Part shown: positions 39,200 through 47,521 of the stretch, piece after piece | Numbering within the stretch: the first letter of the stretch is position 1 | Layout of the letters: each line of letters starts with the position of its first letter | Source of the DNA: a virus | Length of the DNA stretch: 64,000 nt | Strand: one strand, 5' to 3' | Virus record (IMG/VR): IMGVR_UViG_3300036795_000039 | Span: 3,417-67,416 of that record | The notes under the pieces: generated by a model | Database searches by the model: none | What the model saw: the letters and a program-made list of their open reading frames with translations, nothing else | Told to the model about the DNA's origin: nothing | Made by a program: the position numbers and the translations under genes

Positions 39200-39556
39200 C
39201 TAGCAGCTCTCCCCGAAGGACTCCGGCCTACCGACCGCCTGGTGAATAGTCCGCACCGCTGCCGCACTGTGCCAGACCTGGCGATACCGCTGCTTAGAAC
39301 GCCGCACCGGCCCGAAGAACATGAGACACCACTGGCCGTCCGGTCGTTCTTCGGCGTATTGGAAGCGGTAACGTCCTGCGGCATAACCGATCCCGCGTTC
39401 AAGCGTGGCTTCCTGGTTGCGCGCCAACGGTTTTCCGTTGATCTCAATCTCATAGTGGATGACTGGCTGTAGCTCGTCGGACTCGTAGGGCCTACGTGCG
39501 ATCACTTCATGCCCTTCACCGCGCACACCGCGCACTGGCGGCTCCGGCAATACCAC
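39200..39556 (-). CDS. hypothetical protein (true start may be GTG at 39505)
   Basis: ORF with GRYRF...W...FGP pattern. Confidence 0.5.
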   Translation of the reverse strand: MVLPEPPVRGVRGEGHEVIARRPYESDELQPVIHYEIEINGKPLARNQEATLERGIGYAAGRYRFQYAEERPDGQWCLMFFGPVRRSKQRYRQVWHSAAAVRTIHQAVGRPESFGESC

Positions 39557-39665
39557 GGCAACACCTTGCCGCAGTCCTTACATTTAACTTCTCGCATGTC
39601 GCTGCCCTCTCTAACAGTTCAATGCCGTATTGTGTTGTCTACCACCAGCATACAGGAGGTTGACA

Positions 39666-40421
39666 ATGAGCAGTTCACGAACACTAAACGTGTTCAGCCT
39701 TAACGGGTACATGGGCAATATGTGGTTTGGCCCGCAAGCCGAAGTCGCACAACACCTTTCAGCCCTAGGGCTGGCGTACTGGCAGCCCATCGGCTACGAC
39801 AGCGGCGCGTTCCCGTTATCGACGGGCGTCTCGTCGGGCCTCGCCGAACTGCGCCGCCAGCGCAGCCTGCACCCCGGCCCATTTATGATCACCGCGTGGT
39901 CAGAGGGCGCATGCATCGCCACCGAATACCTCAAGACCGACACGTCCAGTGATCTGCGCGGCGGTGTGTTCTACGGCAACCCATACAGGGCTGCGGGGCA
40001 ATGGAGCCCAAGCGGGAACGCTTTGGGCGCGGTGCGTGATCCTGGCGGTGCTGGCGTCGGCGGACCCCAAAAGAACTGGCGCACACCAGATAGCATCCAC
40101 CACTACTGCCACGGGCCGAACCAGCCCAGCTACGACGGCCTACCCGGTATCGATCAATACACCTGTTGCAGCACAGGCACAGACGGAGATATCGCGCGGA
40201 TCTTCTACAACTTCGTGTTCACCCAATGGACGGGCGCATTCACCGAGATCCTTACCGTCGCAGAGGAATTGGCAACGAACGCGGGCGTCACCCTCTTTGC
40301 GGCTATCGAGACAGCCATCGAGTGGATCAGGTTCTTCGCCGGACAGTGTGTCCCACATACGGACTACACGTCATATGCCGGTCAGCAGTATCTCGCGAAC
40401 CTCGCGCACTCCCTACCGTAG
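39666..40421 (+). CDS. lysin B-like / PE-PPE cutinase-fold serine esterase, catalytic domain only
   Basis: WQPIGY...FP...V..G, AWSEGA nucleophile elbow, YGNPYR, D.Y, PHTDY; AGGAGG RBS. Confidence 0.82.
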   Translation: MSSSRTLNVFSLNGYMGNMWFGPQAEVAQHLSALGLAYWQPIGYDSGAFPLSTGVSSGLAELRRQRSLHPGPFMITAWSEGACIATEYLKTDTSSDLRGGVFYGNPYRAAGQWSPSGNALGAVRDPGGAGVGGPQKNWRTPDSIHHYCHGPNQPSYDGLPGIDQYTCCSTGTDGDIARIFYNFVFTQWTGAFTEILTVAEELATNAGVTLFAAIETAIEWIRFFAGQCVPHTDYTSYAGQQYLANLAHSLP

Positions 40422-40475
40422 AGAATGCTGTACGCCAGTTATCACGAAACCCGTTGTGCCCGTTGACCAGGGATG

Positions 40476-40505
40476 TTGACAATGTCAGAGGGTGCGCGTA
40501 CAAAT
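40476..40505 (+). promoter_or_regulatory. putative SigA-type promoter of the rightward arm
   Basis: TTGACA-17-TACAAAT. Confidence 0.4.
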
Positions 40506-40561
40506 ATGGGAGTCCCGCAAATCGGCGGGCAATAACTCATCGAGAGAAGGGCACGATCATC

Positions 40562-41407
40562 GTGGCAGGACGAATCCCCACCAAGGGGGCACCAGGGCCA
40601 AAGACTGTTACTCCCAAGAAGACAGCAGCGCCCAAGAAGACAGCAGCGCCGAGCAAGGCAGTCGCCGTGGTGGACAAAGACAAGTTGGACACCGACGTCA
40701 CCAAGGCCAGAGCTACTCAGCTCACCAAGCGCATCAAGGACTCTCACGTCAACACCTGGAAGCTGTTGGCCGAAGCAGCCAAGGGCCGCGCGTGGAAAGC
40801 GTTGGGGTACAAGAACTGGAACGAGTGGCGGGACAAGGAATTCTCGGATCTGCCGATCCTTCCCCGCGACAAGCGCAAAGAGGCCGTGGCCAGCCTCGCC
40901 AAAGATGGCCTATCGGTTCGTGCCATCTCGGACATCACCGGGGCAAGTAAGTCTCAGGTGGATCGCGACCGCGCCGCAGCACTGGGGTTGTCGCAGCCCA
41001 CTGTCCCAAATGGGACAGTGAAGAAGGACGACAACGTGATCGACATCCCCGCGAGCGACATCACCGAAGTCCCCGACGGCGGCGGCGGCGAAAGTGGCGA
41101 GGGCGCAAGCGATCCTGAGCCAACGCCCACCATCGGGCGCGATGGCCGCGTAACCGACACCACCAACATCGGCAAGACACCAACCGTGATCAACGTGGTA
41201 TCGGTAGCACGCACCATCGCCAACGAGCTGGCCAACGTGCGCATACGTCTCGACTCACTGTTTGCCCGCGAAGACTACGAGGAGAACAAGGTCGACGTTC
41301 AAGGCACGCTGGAAACAGCAGTAGGCGACATCATTGACACGCTGGTGGAAGAATTCGCCGACCTAATCTCGGAGCGTATGCCGGAGCCGGAACCGGCAGG
41401 GGCATAA
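40562..41407 (+). CDS. helix-turn-helix DNA-binding protein
   Basis: AW.ALGY..W..W...EF; GLSVRAISDITGASKSQVDRD HTH; GRDGR; 18-bp tandem repeat (PKKTAA x2) at 40613-40648. Confidence 0.82.
   Translation: MAGRIPTKGAPGPKTVTPKKTAAPKKTAAPSKAVAVVDKDKLDTDVTKARATQLTKRIKDSHVNTWKLLAEAAKGRAWKALGYKNWNEWRDKEFSDLPILPRDKRKEAVASLAKDGLSVRAISDITGASKSQVDRDRAAALGLSQPTVPNGTVKKDDNVIDIPASDITEVPDGGGGESGEGASDPEPTPTIGRDGRVTDTTNIGKTPTVINVVSVARTIANELANVRIRLDSLFAREDYEENKVDVQGTLETAVGDIIDTLVEEFADLISERMPEPEPAGA
41000..41019 (+). promoter_or_regulatory. 20-bp palindromic site, copy 5, inside the HTH gene
   Basis: ACTGTCCCAAATGGGACAGT. Confidence 0.75.
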
Positions 41408-41515
41408 CATGATTCAGCCCCGGCGGCGAGCAATGTCAAGGTTTAGAGAGGAAACCAAACCGCCGGGGCCGAACACATGTTCCGCAGCAGGACGCGCCGA
41501 ACAATCTAAGGATAC

Positions 41516-42061
41516 ATGGTGAAACAGAATCTAGCCAATAGGCTTGCCGCAGGGGGCTTTTGGGCACTACAGATCGGTTGGCTCAGCGTCGAGGTAGCCG
41601 ACCATCTCAAGTCCGAGGGCACCACAGTTCCGATCGGAAGCGGTTCTCCTACAGAGGTTTTGACGGTCTGCACACTGGGTGCGTTCGAGCATTTCGTCAA
41701 TGTCCATATGGACGACATGCGGATGAACGTCAAGGTGAAATTCGAGGAGCCGTCGCCGAAGCTGTACGACAAATACTGCCAGGAGATAACCCGTGAGCAG
41801 TGGGCGAAGCTACACCAGCATCCCACGTACGATCGGATCGCGCTGTGGCACAGCGATTCTGAGCATAGGCACGTATCCACGATATGGACCGGCCTAGACG
41901 AGAACCACTGCGAGCCGCCGCATATCTTCGAGACAATGGTGGTCCACGTCCACGGCCAGAACCAGGGACACATTGCCAGAGTGTTCAAGACACGCAACCT
42001 CGCGGAGGCCCGCGCCGCGCACCACGAAGCCGTCGCTCTAGTCAAGGCAGGGCGTCTATAA
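41516..42061 (+). CDS. hypothetical protein (start uncertain)
   Basis: VSTIWTGLD......PP.IFETMV...EARA.H pattern of a common phage family. Confidence 0.6.
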   Translation: MVKQNLANRLAAGGFWALQIGWLSVEVADHLKSEGTTVPIGSGSPTEVLTVCTLGAFEHFVNVHMDDMRMNVKVKFEEPSPKLYDKYCQEITREQWAKLHQHPTYDRIALWHSDSEHRHVSTIWTGLDENHCEPPHIFETMVVHVHGQNQGHIARVFKTRNLAEARAAHHEAVALVKAGRL

Positions 42062-42064
42062 AAA

Positions 42065-42098
42065 CAGCAACCAAATCGGTTGCGCAAGAGAGGAAACC
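42065..42098 (+). repeat. partial (3-prime half) copy of the structured element, on the + strand
   Basis: CAGCAACCAAATCGGTTGC-GCAAGAGAGGAAACC. Confidence 0.8.
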
Positions 42099-42105
42099 GA
42101 AAGAA

Positions 42106-42750
42106 ATGTCAACCACCTCAATGATGCAGATCGACGAGCTAGACGCGGAAACCCTGCGGATACCCGTCATCGGCACCAGTCCACTTATCACCCACAACTG
42201 GTCAGAGAAGGCCAAGCGGATGATGCTGGAAAAGCAACAGGGACGTAAGAACCCGAAGGAAAACCGCGACCCGCAGGCCGAATTCGAGTCATCGAAGTAC
42301 CGGATCTATGTGCCAAAAGCAAAGGGCGGTAAGCCCGTTGAAGCCTGCGGCGTGCCCGTCGTGGCATTCAAGTCGGCCACTACGTCAGCGGCCCGCTTCT
42401 ACGACAAGTCCGTTTCCATGGTGTCGCTACGACAGTTCATGTTCTTCAAGGGCGTCGTAACCAAAGCCGACGCGCAAGAGCTGTTCCAGATCGTCGGGGA
42501 ACCGGAGATGCGCGAGGACATGGTCACCGTTGGCATCAGCGGAACCGACTTGCGTTACCGCGCATGCTTTTACGAGTGGTCAACCACCCTGCAAATCACC
42601 TACGTCAAAAGCTGCATCTCTCAGGGCAGCGTGTTGTCGTTGGTCGACGCGGGCGGCTTCGGTGTCGGTGTCGGGGAGTGGCGTCCAGAGAAAAACGGCC
42701 AGATGGGCTGCTACACCATCGACCGCAGTCGCGATATCGAGGTGCTGTAA
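42106..42750 (+). CDS. stand-alone Cas7/RAMP-like protein, 214 aa
   Basis: I.GTSPLI.H first strand; GVP..AFKSA...AAR helix; MREDMV.V....DLRYR thumb-like hairpin; W...L.I.Y; Gly-rich loop GGFGVGVGEWRPEKNGQMG. Confidence 0.7.
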   Translation: MSTTSMMQIDELDAETLRIPVIGTSPLITHNWSEKAKRMMLEKQQGRKNPKENRDPQAEFESSKYRIYVPKAKGGKPVEACGVPVVAFKSATTSAARFYDKSVSMVSLRQFMFFKGVVTKADAQELFQIVGEPEMREDMVTVGISGTDLRYRACFYEWSTTLQITYVKSCISQGSVLSLVDAGGFGVGVGEWRPEKNGQMGCYTIDRSRDIEVL

Positions 42751-43185
42751 ATGGCTTCTGTGCGTGAGGAATTGCGCCGCATCTATACATCACAAGGGGG
42801 TGAGCTAACACCACAGGCTGTGGTGGATGCGGCGCGTCGGAAGAACTCACCTTTGAATTCCTACTTCGAGTGGGATGATCGCGTGGCTGGTGAGGCGTAT
42901 CGAATCGTGCAGGCGCAGGACTTGATTCGTCGTCAGTTCAAGGTTTATGCGCGAGACAAGCGTGGCCCCAAGCACGTTCGCGAGTATGTCAGCGTCTACC
43001 AGGCCGGGGGTTCCGACACGGGCGCATACAGGCTCACTGAAGAGGTTGTGGTCGACCCTATTTCGGAGGCTATCCTGCTTCGAGAATTTCAGCGTGACAT
43101 TGATAACTTGAAGCGGCGCTACGGTCACTTTAAGGAATTCGGTCGGCTCGTGAGAGAGGCGTTGGGAGAGGAGGATTCAGCGTAA
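42751..43185 (+). CDS. conserved partner protein, 144 aa
   Basis: GELTP.AVVDAAR..SPL..YFEWDD..A.E.YR..QA..LIR; abuts upstream stop (TAAATG). Confidence 0.8.
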   Translation: MASVREELRRIYTSQGGELTPQAVVDAARRKNSPLNSYFEWDDRVAGEAYRIVQAQDLIRRQFKVYARDKRGPKHVREYVSVYQAGGSDTGAYRLTEEVVVDPISEAILLREFQRDIDNLKRRYGHFKEFGRLVREALGEEDSA

Positions 43186-43189
43186 ACAT

Positions 43190-43559
43190 GGCAGGCGTGG
43201 CAGGCATGGCTAGGTTGGGTCCGGCAAGGCTCGGCTCGGCATGGCCCGGCAGGCGCGGCACGGCGTGGCACGGTATGGCCTGGCGCGGCAGGCATGGCTC
43301 GGCGCGGCCCGGCTTGGTGTGGTTGGGTATGGCAACGCTTGGCTGGGCAGGGCAGGCGTGGCGAGGCAAGGCGAGGCACGGCAGGGCGCGGCAGGGCAGG
43401 CGTGGCAAGGCCTGGCGGGGTTCGGCTTGGCTGGGTCCGGCATGGCCGGGTCCGGCATGGCCAGGCACGGCAGGCTCGGCGCGGCTAGGCACGGCTCGGC
43501 AAGGTGTGGGCATGGCGCTCGGCTTGGCTCGGTGTGGCATGGCTTGGTTTGGCAGGCAA
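43190..43559 (+). repeat. GGY-NN pentamer array divided by GGCA tetramers; probable non-coding guide RNA array
   Basis: More than 60 GG(C/T)NN units in register; GGCA separators at 43190, 43199, 43248, 43287, 43351, 43395, 43469, 43551. Confidence 0.9.
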
Positions 43560-43680
43560 GGATAAGGGAGTGGGATGTGTTGTTACGGATAGGATCTCGT
43601 TACACCCTGGCGCAGGCGTGGCGAATCTTCAAGCGCGCCAGACAATTCGCAAATTTACGAGAAGACAGGGAGATCGAGCT

Positions 43681-44040
43681 GTGGCTAGTGGCAATACGTC
43701 GAGTGCGACCGTAGACGACGTGATCTGCGGGGCAAAGGAATTGATTGTCCGGTACGGCTGGCAGCGCGGCGCGTGGCCACCGTTTGGACCTGCACCACGT
43801 TGCCTGCGGGCCGCGCTGTACACGGCGGCAGGAAATCTGGATTGCCTTGCCACACGGACGCATACCGACGCGTTGCGGCGCGTCTCTGGGGCAATCTATA
43901 AGCCCGGCAGCGTCGGCGGCATCACCGACTGGGAATTCCGTAAGGACACCAACCGGGACGTCGTTATCTCTGTGCTACAGAAGGCAATTGAGCTAGGGCC
44001 AACCGAGCCTGAGATACGCGGCGAACTGTGGCCAGTCTGA
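43681..44040 (+). CDS. DUF6197-like hypothetical protein
   Basis: A..LI..YGWQRG...CL..AL...I.DW......V...L..A. Confidence 0.65.
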   Translation: MASGNTSSATVDDVICGAKELIVRYGWQRGAWPPFGPAPRCLRAALYTAAGNLDCLATRTHTDALRRVSGAIYKPGSVGGITDWEFRKDTNRDVVISVLQKAIELGPTEPEIRGELWPV

Positions 44041-44426
44041 TGGACAAGCTGCACTATAAGGGTGATTGCCGAAAGTTCGTGCCTAACAGGATCGTTGGGC
44101 CGGACACCTGGGGCGCATGGTACATCCCCGTCACGGCGCACTACTTCAACGGGATCACCACGATCTTTTACAAGCCGGTCCCGCCCGACAAGCTACCACC
44201 ACAGTGTGTCGAAATGTCGAAACAGGTTGTGGCGCAACAGCAACAAGGAAAGGTGCAACAATGGCCGCGAGACGGAAGCGGACCCTCACCAGAGCCGAGG
44301 TCGCAGCCGCAATCGCTGCAATACCAAATCTTGCGGCGCAGCGCCGGGAAGACGGGCGCGTCCAAAGGTTCAGGGCTCACGAAATCGCAACGCGAGTTGC
44401 TGAAGCGTTTCAAGAAGCGGGGATAG
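44028..44426 (+). CDS. hypothetical protein; 3-prime part overlaps a probable small gene at 44261-44440
   Basis: Operon continuity; AGGAAAGG RBS before ATG 44261. Confidence 0.45.
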   Translation: MASLMDKLHYKGDCRKFVPNRIVGPDTWGAWYIPVTAHYFNGITTIFYKPVPPDKLPPQCVEMSKQVVAQQQQGKVQQWPRDGSGPSPEPRSQPQSLQYQILRRSAGKTGASKGSGLTKSQRELLKRFKKRG

Positions 44427-44436
44427 AGGTGAGGCA

Positions 44437-45102
44437 ATGAGCGACGAAGCACGCAGGGCCGCAGGGATTCTCACACAATGTAAATGGTTGCGTGACAGCA
44501 TCAGCAAGTGGGAGGCGCAGGCCAAGGAAATCCTGGCCCGCGAGCTGACCGGCGGCGAGCGCACCAAGGCGGTCGCGGCGGATGGCACTGAGATCGGTTC
44601 TGTCACAAGGGCAGAGGGCGCACGTTCGATGCAGATCGACAACGAGGCCGGGTTTCTGGCGTGGGTGAAGCAACGCTATCCCACGGAGGTAGAAGAAACA
44701 GTGCGTCCGGCGTTCGTCAAGCTGTGCGCCGAGAAGGTGAAGCTGCTAGGCGGTTTGCCGGATGCGAATGGTGAACTGTGCCCGCATGTTTCAATGGTGC
44801 GCGCCGACCCGAAGACCAGCGTGTCACCGCTATCTAATGACGACCGCGCGCTGATCGAGGCGCTGTTTAGGCAACACACTTGGGAGAACCTGACAACCAT
44901 GGTTATGTCGGATAATCCCGCGCTTCCGCCTGCGCCACAACAGGATTGCTCGCTGGGTGATGCCGTCACTGTCCCAAAAGGGACAGTCGAACCCGAACCC
45001 GGCACTGAGCCTGAGCCGTTCATTGAAGAGGGACCGCCAAACTGGGCTGAGTCCAACACGTTTGAGACTTCTGACGCTGTACACCAGCGGCGGATGAGAT
45101 AA
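44437..45102 (+). CDS. hypothetical protein of recombination module; contains palindrome copy 6 (44968-44987)
   Basis: FLAWV...YPTEV...VRPAF motif; upstream of ERF gene. Confidence 0.7.
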   Translation: MSDEARRAAGILTQCKWLRDSISKWEAQAKEILARELTGGERTKAVAADGTEIGSVTRAEGARSMQIDNEAGFLAWVKQRYPTEVEETVRPAFVKLCAEKVKLLGGLPDANGELCPHVSMVRADPKTSVSPLSNDDRALIEALFRQHTWENLTTMVMSDNPALPPAPQQDCSLGDAVTVPKGTVEPEPGTEPEPFIEEGPPNWAESNTFETSDAVHQRRMR

Positions 45103-45123
45103 ATCCCTAGAGAGGAAACCGAA

Positions 45124-45462
45124 GTGAAGATCACCATTAAGCAGGACGGCGATATCTGCATGGAAACCAACGGTGCCACACCGGCAGAGATAGCCGGAGT
45201 GATACTGAGCGTGCAGCGTGAGCTACGTAAGACCGATTTGACAAAGCTGGCCGAGGACCGGCCAGTTGATTTGAGCGATATGCAGGGCGCGACGTATGAC
45301 TGGATGATCGCGCACGACAAGGATCAGGGCATTCACATATCCAGTATCGCAAGAGCGTTCAGCATCTCGAATGGTGCTGCGGGACAACGCTGCTACCAAC
45401 TAGTCAAGGACGGCTTCGCAACCAAGATCTGCAACGGTCGGTACCGCGCGGTGACGCAATGA
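45124..45462 (+). CDS. winged-HTH-like protein
   Basis: AGAGAGGAAACC RBS; IARAFSIS.GAA..RC..LV..G.A......GRYRA. Confidence 0.65.
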   Translation: MKITIKQDGDICMETNGATPAEIAGVILSVQRELRKTDLTKLAEDRPVDLSDMQGATYDWMIAHDKDQGIHISSIARAFSISNGAAGQRCYQLVKDGFATKICNGRYRAVTQ

Positions 45463-46451
45463 CTGAGCCCGTTAAGAAACCACCGGCCAAGCGGGCACCC
45501 CGACGTGCCAAGCCGAAACCGGAGGTAGCGGTGACACCGACACCGGATTCGGAAACCGTTGGGGACAATCGGACCACTATTTCCGGTTCCGGCGTTGGGC
45601 CGATGCTGGTAACCCAAGGACCACCACAGGAGAAGATATATTTGACTGTTCACGAATTGTGGTCCCGTGTAATGGAATCCGTTCGCTCTGTGGCCAAGGG
45701 TGACTTCAATGAGGATCAGGGCTTCAAGTTTCGAGGTGTTGATTCGGTGGTTGACCAGGTCGGCCCGGCGTTGCGCACTTTTGGCGTACATATCAGGCCC
45801 CGGCGAATCCTTGAGCACCACGCTACGGAGTACACCACCAAGCGCGGCTCGCGCATGGTTAACCGTGTGGTTCGTGTGGAGTGGGAAGTCACTGGACCGC
45901 AAGGTGATTCGTTTCTTGGCGAGTCGATGGGTGAGGCAGCCGACGCCGGGGACAAGTCCTTGACCAAGGCGCAGTCTGTGGCGTACAGGGTGTATCTGCT
46001 TCAGGCGCTTAGCATTCCGACCGGCGAACGCGATGCCGACGCTGACGCTCACGAGCGTGACACGCCAGCGGCCAGCGAGGGCCATTACTGGGATCAGCAG
46101 CAGGAGCAGCAATACAGCCGCCAGCGGCCATCTGGGGGCCAGGACGCGGCACGCCAAGCCCAAGCCGGGGAGGACAACCAGGCGGCACAAGTGGACAACG
46201 AGGATGCCCGCAAGGAAATGTGGCGTGTCGCAAAAGGATTGGGCTGGGAATGGGGCAAGCTCGCGGCCAGGTTCAAAGCCGATCACGGCACCGAATCCAA
46301 CAGGGCACTACCCGCCGTCATCAACGCCTTCACTAACACGTTGATTAGTGAGGCAGAGGCCGAGGAGGATAAAGCTAAGGCGACGGCGGCAGAAGTGTTG
46401 GGGGCCAAGGAAGTTGCACCCGACGAGGCGCAGCCTGGCGGTGTGCTCTGA
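45459..46451 (+). CDS. ERF-family ssDNA annealing protein
   Basis: QGFKFRGVD.V...V.PAL...G, GP.GD, GEA.D.GDK...KAQSVAY. Confidence 0.85.
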   Translation: MTEPVKKPPAKRAPRRAKPKPEVAVTPTPDSETVGDNRTTISGSGVGPMLVTQGPPQEKIYLTVHELWSRVMESVRSVAKGDFNEDQGFKFRGVDSVVDQVGPALRTFGVHIRPRRILEHHATEYTTKRGSRMVNRVVRVEWEVTGPQGDSFLGESMGEAADAGDKSLTKAQSVAYRVYLLQALSIPTGERDADADAHERDTPAASEGHYWDQQQEQQYSRQRPSGGQDAARQAQAGEDNQAAQVDNEDARKEMWRVAKGLGWEWGKLAARFKADHGTESNRALPAVINAFTNTLISEAEAEEDKAKATAAEVLGAKEVAPDEAQPGGVL

Positions 46452-47521
46452 TGGGCAGCGACGTTCAGGTCACCGAGACTGGGCTAATCCTGCCGGACAA
46501 CATGACGTTTGAAGACTGGGCAGAGTATGGCCAACGGCTGCAACGCATGTCGCGAGCTGTCATGTGGTGGTTAGGTGACTGGTGGCGCTTCGGTGTGCGG
46601 ACATACGGCACGAGCGAAGCCAAAGCGGCACTTACCAGATACTCATATCAGACATGTATGAACGCCGGGAGCGTGGCGCGACAGTTTGAATTCTCCCGAC
46701 GTCGGGAGAATGTGCGCTGGGAAGAGCACAAAGTGCTGTGTTCCAGAGTGTTAAGTGATGAAGACCAGGACCGTTTACTAGACGAGTGGGAGGTTACTCA
46801 ACCGACGACGGCGGCGGCACGGACTCAGGCTAGCAAGCTAAAACGCGCGTACAGGCTGGACGCACGCGAACCTAGTGAAATACCAGGGGAGTGCGCGACG
46901 ATTTCCCTTGCCTCGTATGAGGATTGGCTGCCGAGCCAACCTCATTGCGACCTGTTACTAACCGATCCGCCGTACTCTACTGACATGGATGATATCGAAT
47001 CCTTCGCAAACCGTTGGCTGCCAATGGCATTGAATAAGGTAGCCCCGACTGGCCGCGCATATGTATGCATCGGAGCATACCCAGATGAGCTGCGTACCTA
47101 TCTGAGTGTGCCTGTCCCACAGCACCTTACGCTGGCTAACGTGTTGGTGTGGACATACCGAAACACCATAGGGCCTTCGCCGGATTATGATTACAAACTC
47201 AACTGGCAGGCCATCCTGTACTACCGTGGACAGGATGCGTTGAAGCTGCGTTGCCCAGACATGGTGGAACAGTTCACCGTTCAAGACATCAACGCACCGG
47301 ATGGACGGCGCGGCGACCGCTGGCACGCATGGCAGAAACCCGATGAGCTAGGCTCACGATTCGTTCGGCACGCAACACAATTGGGCGACCTAGTGCTAGA
47401 CCCGTTCGCGGGCACCGGGACTTTTCTGCTCGCTGCGGCAGCGTTGGGGCGCAAGGCATTTGGCTGCGAAATCAGTGAAGCGAATCTGGATATCGCAGTA
47501 GAGCGAGGATGCCAGCTATGA
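46451..47521 (+). CDS. N6A/N4C DNA methyltransferase with N-terminal LmbU-like DNA-binding domain
   Basis: TDPPY, H.WQKP, VLDPFAGTGT; N-terminal WWLGDW and FE.SRRRE. Confidence 0.88.
   Translation: MGSDVQVTETGLILPDNMTFEDWAEYGQRLQRMSRAVMWWLGDWWRFGVRTYGTSEAKAALTRYSYQTCMNAGSVARQFEFSRRRENVRWEEHKVLCSRVLSDEDQDRLLDEWEVTQPTTAAARTQASKLKRAYRLDAREPSEIPGECATISLASYEDWLPSQPHCDLLLTDPPYSTDMDDIESFANRWLPMALNKVAPTGRAYVCIGAYPDELRTYLSVPVPQHLTLANVLVWTYRNTIGPSPDYDYKLNWQAILYYRGQDALKLRCPDMVEQFTVQDINAPDGRRGDRWHAWQKPDELGSRFVRHATQLGDLVLDPFAGTGTFLLAAAALGRKAFGCEISEANLDIAVERGCQL

Noticed and set aside
43190-43559. Canonical CRISPR array or simple microsatellite
   Set aside because: No 23-50 bp direct repeats with spacers; NN diversity and regular GGCA punctuation do not fit slippage
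43125-43714. Overlapping ORFs in several frames across the GGY-NN array (AWLGAARHG-type peptides)
   Set aside because: Open only because the pentamer repeat lacks stops; conservation has period 5, not 3
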